Below are positions 24,785 through 35,745 of a DNA stretch of 64,000 nt, one piece after another. Numbering within the stretch: the first letter of the stretch is position 1; every line of letters begins with the position of its first letter. Origin of the DNA: Paraphysomonas bandaiensis (taxonomy: Eukaryota; Protista; Chrysophyceae). The stretch covers positions 1 through 64,000 of the forward strand of contig CBFFRP010000058.1 of assembly GCA_965644295.1 (NCBI GenBank), read 5' to 3'. Below the pieces are notes generated by a model. The model was not told where the DNA came from, did no database searches, and saw only the letters and a list, made by a program, of their open reading frames with translations. A program made the translations under genes and the position numbers.

Positions 24785-26419
24785 GATAAAATGGTGGTTG
24801 GGTTTGAGCCTTCTATTGGTCTTTGCAGGATTTTCAGCAACAGCCTGTGCACTTGTACTTGGTATTAGCCCCGCAGGTTAATGACGTGCGAGATTGAATC
24901 ACAAGTAACAAGGACACACCTCTGTGTAATAATAATCACACAGCTTTGTCGCAACTTTCAAGCACTCGCTAAAGCCCTGCTTGCTTCTGTGCGAGCGAGC
25001 AATAGGTCGCTATCAGTTACTAGACTTCGCTGCCTATCCCCTGACAATGACTAATATTAGGTTTTGCCCTGTATTCGAGTGTCGAATATGAGGAGACAGA
25101 AAGGTCTAGCTCAATATTCTGTGTGAAAACTCAAACAATATAATTTAATTACAGGGGTGTAGTATGAGTGCAAAAGACAATATAAAATGCTTGTCTATTG
25201 ACTACAGTAACACAATAACAAAATGCAAAATATTTTGCACGAGCAATTAAGTAATTAATTACTATGACGCAGCCTCGTTTGACAACTCAACTGTCACCTC
25301 ACAGTTTGGTTTGATAACCAAGACTATGGCTCGTGATAACGCTAACTACAATCGCTGTGTATAGGAATCAAGAAAATGAGACCAAAGAAGTGATATTATT
25401 ATTACAGGTAAACTTTTGTTTTAATCAACTATACTCGAGTGACTGACTCCCGCGAAGAATCAGCACGCAAACACCACCGCTAGTGATGTCAGGTCGCTAG
25501 TACCCAAGTATGGTTAACATAAACAAAACTGAGTCACAACAGAAACATAAAGTATGAAGACAACCGTAGAGCTGCACACACACAACGTCATCCATGTCAC
25601 ACTGTGTTGCAACACACAACCACAACGCAGGCTGTGTCATACAAGCAGTATAACAATATACAGTCATGTCAACGACTCTATCAAATACGGTTGTACAACA
25701 CTGTATAATGTATATCGTGTTGCATTCCTCATAACTACAATTGTACTTGGAAAATACTAGCTAACGTACACTTTCATATGTAAGACAACACACTCCAGAT
25801 ATTTAAACATGCAACAGAGGAGCCATATAAGCTCATGATAAGTAGGAACTTCTCGTTACTTTGCTTTCAGCATGCAAGTCCAGTACCTTAGGTGCAAGGA
25901 GCTTCACTAACGAGCGACAAACGGTGTACTGTGGACCCTGTTGTGCATTGTGCTCCATTGAGTACATATTAGCCTTTTGAAGGCCAACAAGTGGTACACG
26001 TATACCCACAAATGGAGGTAATAGTCTCTGGATGCACTTTCTACCCGTGACCATTGTATGCAGGGTCTGTGCAATACTTCCGATGCGGGTGTAAGGGTCG
26101 GCATGGCCTGTCTCTGACATATACTGGTCGCTGAGGCTGGGTTGCCATGCTAGGAGTCCTATTCAATGCTGAAGAGCTGCAGTCCGAGTACTGGTTCAGG
26201 TATGAGAGAAGCTTGAGGCTTTAGTCATCGTGGAACGAGTGCTTTACTTCTGTGTTTTGCCATGAATAGTAATAATATGAGTGATTATTTGTTGTCTGCT
26301 GATGAATGCGTTATTAATAGTTAGTCGCGCTCTGCGCTTCCAAGCACAACATTGTAGTCTTGAAGTATCACTTGTAGTAACGCACTATAGCCACGTAAGT
26401 AGGGCACGCGAGATGCCAC

Positions 26420-27304
26420 GTGGTCACAATTCGTCTTGACCAATCAGTATATGCGGCTAAGATCTTAGAAAAGTTTGAAAAGTATCTTGGGCCACCGCGA
26501 AAGGTACGGAAGAGTCCTCTACCGACGGAAGCAATGGATTTAGTGGCAAAAGGGGTGCGACATGAGCATACCGAGGAGGAACAGCTTACAGTAGATAACT
26601 TCCCATATCGGCCGCTGATAGGTGCATTACTATATCTATCGATGAACACGAGGCCGGATATTGCCTATGCAGTGGGAGTACTGTCTCGGTTCAGTAATAA
26701 GGTGAATATTGAAGTATGCAAGCTATTAACACACGTATGGCAATATATTCGTGGTTCTATTGACAAAGGGATTCAATATGGGAGTAGACGGTTCGACTTC
26801 CATATGTTTACTGACGCGGATTGGGCGGGAGACCAGCTCTCCAGGAAGTCCACGTCGGGGTACGTTGGGTTTGCAGCGGGAGGGCCTATAGTCTGGCAGT
26901 CCAAACTGCAGACGACAGTGGCAACGTCAAGCATGCAGTCTGAGTATCAGTGTATTTACTCGGGTCTCCAAGAAGTGCTATGGGTTCGGGGGGTGACGGG
27001 TGAGATTAAGTTGAGGCTCATCAAACCCACACCATTCTTCATCGACAGTCAGAGTGCCCAGGATTTGGCCGAAAACCCAGTGTTTCACAAGAAGTCGAAG
27101 CACATTGAGATTAAGTATCACATGGTGAGAGAGCACGTGGATCCCAATCAGTTCAATACGATTAAGTTAGTGCATGTGCATACATCGCAACAAGCAGCAG
27201 ATATTTATACAAAGTCATTGGTTGGCTTATCATATATATGGAGCAGAGAAAGAGAAATCTTGGAGAGAAAATTAAGACCAAGGGATAAAAGAAGACGCAA
27301 GTAG
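26420..27304 (+). pseudogene. Ty1/Copia RT C-terminus and RNase H (5'-truncated)
   Basis: PYRPLIGALLYL, TRPDIAYAV, TDADWAG, RKSTSG, IDSQSA, KHIEIKYH, ADIYTK. Followed by PPT GAGGGGGAG and an LTR start TGTTG at 27429. Confidence 0.9.
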
Positions 27305-27767
27305 GTACTGAGTTTTTTAGACAGAGGTTTAGACTTAGAGATGAGTCTATTTTACTGTCAAGAATTTTTTTATCTCAGGCATTCAATAGCTGGGAGGCGT
27401 CATAGTACAACACTCAATTGAGGGGGAGTGTTGAGATCTGAAGATTCTATATACTTGCAATTGAGTGCAGTATTATGTGGGATGCAAGGATCGAAAGATA
27501 TATATGTAAATATGTAATTAGTACATTATAATATTGTGTAGTATGAAACTGAAGCAGAAGTGGGTGACTATACAGGATACGATCACTGAGTGTGTGGTTT
27601 GTACACTATAGTAGTAAATGAATGGTGTTGAACACATCGAACACAACTTAGGTTCTTTATCATGTAATGTTTATAATTTCATCTTATCATTGAGAATAGT
27701 AAACCTTAGCAAATAATGTCAACTTCTGTTATGGTCAATATATATATTCAGTTCTCATTACTTCTCA

Positions 27768-28148
27768 TAATACAGCTCATCACTACTGTATTCTTCGACT
27801 AACGGTCATAATTCCAGCACCTTAGAATTACAGCTTTTAATTGCTCAAATATCAAAACTCAACACTCCCTCTCAATTCAAAGCTGTACATTGATTTGTCA
27901 AACCACGAGACATAACTGACGGATACGCAACCACCAAGACCTCATCAGCTGTACATTGAATCTTCACAACATCACGAGACATAACTGACGGATACGCTGT
28001 AGATTGAATCCTTACATCACAAGGCATAACTGACGGATACGCAACCACCAAAACCTCATCAGCTGTACATTGAATATTCACAACATCACGAGACATCACT
28101 GATGGGTAGAATTACAGCTTTTAATTGCTCCAACGGCAAAACTCAACA
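27768..28148 (-). repeat. Copia-derived PPT/LTR-junction fragment with internal tandem subrepeats
   Basis: CAACACTCCCTCTCAA reads GAGAGGGAG|TGTTG on the minus strand. Homologous to 53508-54025. Confidence 0.6.
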
Positions 28149-28885
28149 TGGCGTTTGCTAGTTGGGAGTTGGGAGGCTGTGATATTGTCCGTCCAGTATC
28201 TCTCAACTTGGGGGGTATTGGGCTTCCAGGCTGCGGAAGAGATTTTGGTGAGAGGAGTGGAAAACCATGGTCGAAGGACTGTGGTGTCTTGGCATTGTCA
28301 TGGCCTGGCGGTGTTGGTGGTATATTTCTTCTCAAGTGCCACACTGAATATACTAGAATATAATCCATATTCTATGTTGTAAGGCAATAACAAACCACAA
28401 GTTGATAGTAAACGATAGTGTTATTAACTTGTTTTATCAGAGGTTATCTGTGATAATAATGACTAGCATTCTAATCTATCTTCTATCACAGACTACACCT
28501 ACAGCTCACTGCTTGGGCACATATATATGCCCTTACTCTATACCAATCCACTGTACATATTGGACTGTACATATCCTACACCGTATTGTCATCATACACC
28601 GTATAATGGTATACCGTTACCCTACTGTAGCTGGCTGTCTACACTGTATATATCCTGTATACTATACATCCACAGTATAGTGCAATATACAGCAGTATAC
28701 TATCAAACCAAGCTTTCACTCCAATGACAGCCAACCTCCTATACGGGGATGACAACACACCCTCCTATGTTCAGTCCAACGCCTGATCTCCTTATCGTCC
28801 ATAAAATATGAACCTATAAATAAATATTAAATACCGTGACCTCAATCGGCTATTGCTCGACTAAGTCACAACCGCCCCCCCATAA

Positions 28886-30480
28886 TGCTCTGTGTCATAG
28901 GCTTAAACCCAAATGATACGCAGGCCTTTGCCTATAGACAACAAAAAGTGCTCTGTGTCATAGGCTAAAACCCAAATGATACGCAGGCAATTGTCTATAG
29001 ACAGAATAAAAGAATGCTCTGTGTCATAGGCTTAAACCCAAATGATACGCAGGCCTTTGCCTATAGACAACAAAAAGTGCTCTGTGTCATAGGCTAAAAC
29101 CCAAATGATACGCAGGCAATTGTCTATAGACAGAATAAAAGAATGCTCTGTGTCATAGGCTTAAACCCAAATGATACGCAGGCCTTTGCCTATAGACAAC
29201 AAAAAGTGCTCTGTGTCATAGGCTAAAACCCAAATGATACGCAGGCAATTGTCTATAGACAGAATAAAAGAATGCTCTGTGTCATAGGCTTAAACCCAAA
29301 TGATACGCAGGCCTTTGCCTATAGACAACAAAAAGTGCTCTGTGTCATAGGCTAAAACCCAAATGATACGCAGGCAATTGTCTATAGACAGAATAAAAGA
29401 ATGCTCTGTGTCATAGGCTTAAACCCAAATGATACGCAGGCCTTTGCCTATAGACAACAAAAAGTGCTCTGTGTCATAGGCTAAAACCCAAATGATACGC
29501 AGGCAATTGTCTATAGACAGAATAAAAGAATGCTCTGTGTCATAGGCTTAAACCCAAATGATACGCAGGCCTTTGCCTATAGACAACAAAAAGTGCTCTG
29601 TGTCATAGGCTAAAACCCAAATGATACGCAGGCAATTGTCTATAGACAGAATAAAAGAATGCTCTGTGTCATAGGCTTAAACCCAAATGATACGCAGGCC
29701 TTTGCCTATAGACAACAAAAAGTGCTCTGTGTCATAGGCTAAAACCCAAATGATACGCAGGCAATTGTCTATAGACAGAATAAAAGAATGCTCTGTGTCA
29801 TAGGCTTAAACCCAAATGATACGCAGGCCTTTGCCTATAGACAACAAAAAGTGCTCTGTGTCATAGGCTAAAACCCAAATGATACGCAGGCAATTGTCTA
29901 TAGACAGAATAAAAGAATGCTCTGTGTCATAGGCTTAAACCCAAATGATACGCAGGCCTTTGCCTATAGACAACAAAAAGTGCTCTGTGTCATAGGCTAA
30001 AACCCAAATGATACGCAGGCAATTGTCTATAGACAGAATAAAAGAATGCTCTGTGTCATAGGCTTAAACCCAAATGATACGCAGGCCTTTGCCTATAGAC
30101 AACAAAAAGTGCTCTGTGTCATAGGCTAAAACCCAAATGATACGCAGGCAATTGTCTATAGACAGAATAAAAGAATGCTCTGTGTCATAGGCTTAAACCC
30201 AAATGATACGCAGGCCTTTGCCTATAGACAACAAAAAGTGCTCTGTGTCATAGGCTAAAACCCAAATGATACGCAGGCAATTGTCTATAGACAGAATAAA
30301 AGAATGCTCTGTGTCATAGGCTTAAACCCAAATGATACGCAGGCCTTTGCCTATAGACAACAAAAAGTGCTCTGTGTCATAGGCTAAAACCCAAATGATA
30401 CGCAGGCAATTGTCTATAGACAGAATAAAAGAATGCTCTGTGTCATAGGCTTAAACCCAAATGATACGCAGGCAATTGTC
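28886..30480. repeat. Homogeneous satellite: 12 copies of a 129-bp (63+66) dimer plus one hybrid monomer
   Basis: Monomers start TGCTCTGTGTCATAGGCT(T/A)AAACCCAAATGATACGCAGGC. A starts at 28886+129n and B at 28949+129n. The last A starts at 30434. Confidence 0.97.
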
Positions 30481-30911
30481 CGAAGACAAGATGATATCGA
30501 TCATAATTGTTGATTTATAATCTGAAAACAATATATTAGTCATCGTGTAGGACTATCCACTTACATATAGAATATATACGTGTACATGTCCTGTATTATA
30601 TGATTAGTAGTACAGTACTGTATTGTATACGTGTACCATGTAGTTAGGAATACAAACTGTAGGGAATGTGATTGTTGGGATTAGCAATAGCCGTTGATAT
30701 TGTAGACAGTATTATTAGCCGTTGATATTGTAGACAGTATTATTAGCCGTTGATATTGTAGACAGTATTATTCATGATTCATTATACGATAATAATCATT
30801 ATTTTGTACTTCTGTACTTGGGTATTGCTTTGCACACATACACATATGTATGCAAGCCCACAGTAATATTACTTAATAAGTAGTACTCAATCTCTGTGAT
30901 ATAACAATATT

Positions 30912-33900
30912 ATGGGGGAAAGTAAGAGAAGCAAAATAAAAGCAGCTCCTCAAATAGAGGAATTGTTAGCTGCTTCGGGTTCTTCGTCTAAAAAGACGAA
31001 AAGAGAGAGAGAATCCTCTCGAAAACGAGCAAGAGATGCAACAACATCATCTCAAATGCAATCTTCTCCTCAAACTGAGACATCAGTAGAGGCTGAAGGA
31101 GAATTGAGTGGAGTATCATTTCGTGAGCTCTCTTCTTCTCAACCAAAGAGAAAGAAGCAAAGGAGTGGAGATCCGCACCCCAACAGGAGTGAGCGCATTG
31201 ACTTGAATGAAGTCATTGCGACGGAATCCACTCCACATGAAGTAATCAATACCGACTCTATTCCCTACTTAGGTAGTGTGCAAGATGAGGATATCATCGA
31301 ATTTTGTGAAAATCTCTCGAAAAGAGATCCTAAAGGGACAAAATTCATAAGGTCAGAAATCATGGCACCAACAGTGCGTGATATGCTTCAGTTTCAGCGA
31401 CAGCAGGATTTTGGAGATGAGTCTGACGAGGACTGGCTAGATCCAAACATTGTAACTACTGAGGAATTGATTCAGTGGTTAAAGCAAGCCTTTCTAGAGG
31501 AAGAGGAGCGATACTCTGATACATTGGAGCCTCTTCCTAGGTTCATAGATAATATCATTGGACCAAAGGTTAAGGTGGATATTCATGTTCCTAAAGTATT
31601 CTTAAAAGAATATGGACGTCTGAATGAGCTTTATAAGCTCATTCCGGAGGCAAGTCTCACAGAGGTAGCCTCGGATACCATAGTCAAAACCCTCAAGAAA
31701 AACATTAAACTTGTGGGCGGACATTCCTTCAGAAAGGATGCCAAAGAGAAATTTATAGCGGATATAGGCCAAGGTCAATCTGCACCAAAAGATTTCGGAG
31801 CATTCTGTAGAAAGGTGCGAGAGCTTAACAATGACTATAGTCAAGCTGTGAGAAAAGTAAAGAGGATGGAAACTAAATTGGATTCCAAAGAAACATCTAA
31901 GTCTAACAAGACTAAGAATACAAAAACTTCATCCTCCAGCTCATCCTCAAGTACTAAAGCAACAACTGATACTAAGGAAGCATGTTGGATATGCGGTAAT
32001 CTTCATAAAGGTGACTGCACCCGCAAAACCTGTGCATGGGCTAACCATGAAAAGAAGCCATGGAAAGATTCCACACAGGGCAAAAAATATGCGGTTATGG
32101 GTTGGAGTACCTGCCCTTATGTGGAGAATCCTGATGGTCCTCCAAGATCGAAAACAAGTAAGTTATCATGCCCTAAGTGTTTATATATAAATGCTATTGA
32201 CATGAATAATGATATGCTCGATGTCTTTGTATATCCTAAAGCTGATGTCAATGTACAACAGGTAAAGGAAAATCTAAGAGCTAAAGCCTTATTGGACACG
32301 GGGGCTACTGGGAATAATTTCATTAACCAAGAACTTGCTGATATGTTAGTTGCTAGGTATAATATTCCATTGCACGAGTGTAACATTAAAATTTGTAGTG
32401 CGCTTGATAATGCTTGTTGTAGTAGCAAGCAATATATGATAATAACTATAAGATTAACTGATGAGTATAACAATACTCTTGATATTGAGTTGCAATGTTT
32501 GATAATAGATAGCACCTTTGATATCATAATTGGTAGAGAAACTATCAAGAAATATAGATTAGTTGATCATTTTCCATCTCACTTTATGGAAAGAGAGTTA
32601 GCAGGGAAAATGCTAGCTACGGCCGCGGGCCATGCTGAGAAGACTCAGCTTCTCTCGGAACATATTAGTGAGAGAGCCACATGTTATAATAACATGGAAA
32701 CATTAAGGCGCCAAGCTAAGGAACACCTTAGTTATAATAATAATTTACTTACAAGTAATAGCTTGGTTAGTACTATGTATTCACCTCCAATATCATCCAT
32801 GCGTATAAGTGCATATGAAAAGGAAGATATAGGCGAGATTAGAGATAACTATCTGGAGTCAATCCCAGAAGAAATAGTTACAAATACTCAGGAAAAAGTA
32901 GAAGGTACTACGTTACCAACTAAAATCTCTGGTCCCGAATCTTTACAAAGGAGGGTGAGAGAAATCCATGAAATCTATAAGGATAGATTTAGAACCACAG
33001 TGTCGGATATGCCAATGGATGTTCCACCTTTTGAATTAGAGGTAGATAGGGATGCTTGGGAACAACCAAAACATTGTGGTCCGCCACGAAAGATGGATCG
33101 AGTACGACAGTATGCTTGTAAAAAGCAAATCGATACATTTGTGGAGCATGGAATAATACAACCAAGTACGGCTCCTTATTATAGCCAGGTATTATTAGTT
33201 CCCAAACCAAATGATAAATGGCGATTCTGTGTAGACTATAAAGGTCTAAACAAGCACACACAGAGGGAACGTTGGCCAATACCTAACATCAAAGAAATGT
33301 TAGAACGTATTGGGTCTAAGAAACCCAAATACTTCATAATTCTGGATTTAGTATCTGGTTATTACCAGGCTAAAATTTCAGAGTACTCGAGAAAGTGGAC
33401 GGCATTTATAACCTTCTGGGGAGTATTCGAATGGCTCCGACTACCCATGGGTTTGAGTGGTGCTCCATCATACTTTCAACGAGTATTAACAACAATTGTG
33501 CTTGCCGGGTTGATTATGTTCATATGTGAATTATATCTAGATGACCTGATTATATATGCTTCTACAGAAGATGAACTAATTGAAAATTACGTTAAAGTTC
33601 TAGAACGCTTCAGGAAATACAATGTTTACATTAATCCTGAGAAAGTGAAAATAGGAGAGTCCGAAGTACAATATGTAGGACATACTCTAAATGAGGAAGG
33701 GTTACACTTTACTAGAGAACGTCTGGATAGTGTATTAAATTTCCCAAAGCCTGAAACTATGAAGGGTCTAAAATCTTTCCTCGGATTGGCAAATTATTTT
33801 CGGGATCACGTGCACAACCACTCCTTAGTGGTGAGACCGTTAAATAAAATGCTTCTCAACTATCATAGACGTAAACGTCTACAATGGACAGAGGATGCCA

Positions 33901-34784
33901 ATGAAGCATTTGAAAAGATCAAATTGATGATCCATGAATGTCCAACATTATTTTTCATTGATGACGAGTCACCAATATATTTATTGACCGATGCATCTGA
34001 TTATGGAATAGGAGCATACCTCTACCAAGTAGTAGATGGTGTAGAACGTCCAATAGGATTTCTCAGTAAAACATTCGATGAAAGAATGATGAATTGGGAT
34101 ACACCTCAGAAAGAAGGATATGCTAAATACTATGCCTTAGATAAATGGGACTACCTATTAAGGTATAGATACTTTACGATCAAAACAGATCATAAAAATA
34201 TTACTCAGTTGAGAACTGATTACGCTAAGGATAAGAAAGTTCAGCGATGGTTGAAATGTTTCCAAGCATATGATTATGATCTATGTGATATTAAAGGATC
34301 TGATAATGTTGTTGCTGATGCATTTAGTAGACTATGTGCATTAGAATCTAAAATGGAAACAAAATGTGCTTCCCTAATTCCCGATATTAAAGTTCCAAAC
34401 AAGGAATGGGAAATTATTAAAAGATTTCATAACAATGTTACAGGTCATCATGGTATTGATCGTACAATACAAAAATTACGAGACAATGGTCATAAATGGT
34501 CAAAGCAAGGGGCACATGTGACAAAATTTATTAAAACTTGTCCTTGTTGTCAAAAGATGAGTAGAATTAAACCAATAATTAATGCTCATCCCTTTACTGT
34601 CTCAACATATGGCCCGATGCAAAGAATAGCAGTGGATTTTATTCAGAGTCTGCATCCAGATGAGGATGGATACACTAATATATTAGTGATTATCGATTCT
34701 TTTTCTAGGTGGGTAGAATTAATCCCTACTAAGAATCTCACTGCCATGGCGGCGGCAAAGGGGATTGCTTCAACACCTGGGTAG
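30912..34784 (+). CDS. Gypsy Gag-Pol polyprotein (Gag, protease, RT, RNase H, integrase N-terminus)
   Basis: CWICGNLH knuckle-like motif, LLDTGA, WRFCVDY, PMGL, YLDDL, TDASDYGIG, NVVADAFSR, H...GHHG...CPCC, VDFI. Frameshift at GGGG 34760-34763. Confidence 0.95.
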   Translation: MGESKRSKIKAAPQIEELLAASGSSSKKTKRERESSRKRARDATTSSQMQSSPQTETSVEAEGELSGVSFRELSSSQPKRKKQRSGDPHPNRSERIDLNEVIATESTPHEVINTDSIPYLGSVQDEDIIEFCENLSKRDPKGTKFIRSEIMAPTVRDMLQFQRQQDFGDESDEDWLDPNIVTTEELIQWLKQAFLEEEERYSDTLEPLPRFIDNIIGPKVKVDIHVPKVFLKEYGRLNELYKLIPEASLTEVASDTIVKTLKKNIKLVGGHSFRKDAKEKFIADIGQGQSAPKDFGAFCRKVRELNNDYSQAVRKVKRMETKLDSKETSKSNKTKNTKTSSSSSSSSTKATTDTKEACWICGNLHKGDCTRKTCAWANHEKKPWKDSTQGKKYAVMGWSTCPYVENPDGPPRSKTSKLSCPKCLYINAIDMNNDMLDVFVYPKADVNVQQVKENLRAKALLDTGATGNNFINQELADMLVARYNIPLHECNIKICSALDNACCSSKQYMIITIRLTDEYNNTLDIELQCLIIDSTFDIIIGRETIKKYRLVDHFPSHFMERELAGKMLATAAGHAEKTQLLSEHISERATCYNNMETLRRQAKEHLSYNNNLLTSNSLVSTMYSPPISSMRISAYEKEDIGEIRDNYLESIPEEIVTNTQEKVEGTTLPTKISGPESLQRRVREIHEIYKDRFRTTVSDMPMDVPPFELEVDRDAWEQPKHCGPPRKMDRVRQYACKKQIDTFVEHGIIQPSTAPYYSQVLLVPKPNDKWRFCVDYKGLNKHTQRERWPIPNIKEMLERIGSKKPKYFIILDLVSGYYQAKISEYSRKWTAFITFWGVFEWLRLPMGLSGAPSYFQRVLTTIVLAGLIMFICELYLDDLIIYASTEDELIENYVKVLERFRKYNVYINPEKVKIGESEVQYVGHTLNEEGLHFTRERLDSVLNFPKPETMKGLKSFLGLANYFRDHVHNHSLVVRPLNKMLLNYHRRKRLQWTEDANEAFEKIKLMIHECPTLFFIDDESPIYLLTDASDYGIGAYLYQVVDGVERPIGFLSKTFDERMMNWDTPQKEGYAKYYALDKWDYLLRYRYFTIKTDHKNITQLRTDYAKDKKVQRWLKCFQAYDYDLCDIKGSDNVVADAFSRLCALESKMETKCASLIPDIKVPNKEWEIIKRFHNNVTGHHGIDRTIQKLRDNGHKWSKQGAHVTKFIKTCPCCQKMSRIKPIINAHPFTVSTYGPMQRIAVDFIQSLHPDEDGYTNILVIIDSFSRWVELIPTKNLTAMAAAKGIASTPG

Positions 34785-35745
34785 ATATGGAGCACCTATT
34801 GAGATTCATTCGGATCTTGGACCAGCATTTGTGGATGATTTAACAAAATCATTGATAGAAATGGTTGGAAGTAATCAATCATTTTCGATGGCGTATTCTA
34901 AAGAAGAAAATGCTATAGTGGAACGTGCTAATAAAGAAATTTTAAGGCACTTAAGAAATATTATATTTGATAAAAATGTACTAAATAATTGGTCAATGTA
35001 TCTACCTTTAGTACAAAGAATTATGAATTCTTCTAAACATAGAAGCACCGGCGTTACTCCCGCTAGTATTCTATTTGGGAATGCAGTAGATTTAGATAAG
35101 AGTTTATTCATTGAACACAATGAGAACTTGGACGGGAACGAACAAAAGCTATCACATTGGATAGATAGAATACAAAAGGTTCAGTCCACTATTATGGATG
35201 TTGCAAGACGAAATCTTCGCAAACATGATGAAATCCACATGGCAACTGCACCAAATATACAAACAAAAGAATTTCCAATAAATTCTTATGTGTTAGTTGA
35301 GCATAGACAAAATGCTTTACGTCCTGGACCGGCAAGTAAGTTATTACCATATCTTAAAGGTCCAATGCGAGTAGTCAATGTTATTGGAGACAAATATACT
35401 CTTCAAGATATTGTTACTAAACGTAATAAAGACTATCATATAAAGAAATTAAGGGAATTTAATTACGATCCCTCTACTATTGACCCCTTACAAGTGGCAT
35501 GTAAAGATGGTGGAAACTTTTATGCTATTGACCATATTTCAAAAATAAAAGGTCGAGCTAAAGGTCCGAAAAGTCAAATAAAATTTCTAGTACATTGGAT
35601 AGGGTATGAAAAACCTACATGGGAACCATGGGCTAACGTTAGAAAAACGTATGCTCTACAAAATTTCCTAACTCAACATCCTGATGAAAATGTAAGAAAT
35701 TTACTACCTCGAAATGTGGTTTATTCTTCTGATGAAGAAGATTAA
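34765..35745 (+). CDS. Gypsy integrase core, GPY/F region and chromodomain (frameshifted continuation of Gag-Pol)
   Basis: GAPIEIHSDLG, NAIVERAN, PYLKGPM, YAIDHI...FLVHWIGYEKPTWEPWANV. Confidence 0.93.
   Translation: MLQHLGRYGAPIEIHSDLGPAFVDDLTKSLIEMVGSNQSFSMAYSKEENAIVERANKEILRHLRNIIFDKNVLNNWSMYLPLVQRIMNSSKHRSTGVTPASILFGNAVDLDKSLFIEHNENLDGNEQKLSHWIDRIQKVQSTIMDVARRNLRKHDEIHMATAPNIQTKEFPINSYVLVEHRQNALRPGPASKLLPYLKGPMRVVNVIGDKYTLQDIVTKRNKDYHIKKLREFNYDPSTIDPLQVACKDGGNFYAIDHISKIKGRAKGPKSQIKFLVHWIGYEKPTWEPWANVRKTYALQNFLTQHPDENVRNLLPRNVVYSSDEED

Larger units (their letters stand above)
22553..25778 (-). mobile_element. LTR-bounded gag-only element (about 515-bp direct repeats at 22553-23070 and 25263-25778)
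   Basis: Near-identical direct repeats with TATGA...TCATA ends. The internal region holds only the gag-like reading frame. No clean TSD or PPT found. Confidence 0.75.

Noticed and set aside
27940-28065. CTGATGAG on the minus strand (hammerhead ribozyme core) in tandem repeats
   Set aside because: No stem II followed by GAAA, and the motif is not conserved in the 53.6-54.0 kb copies (CTCATGAG).
28886-30480. CRISPR-like appearance (40-nt constant part plus 23/26-nt variable part)
   Set aside because: The 'spacers' are only two related sequences in strict alternation, there are no cas genes, and the context is eukaryotic. It is a dimeric satellite.
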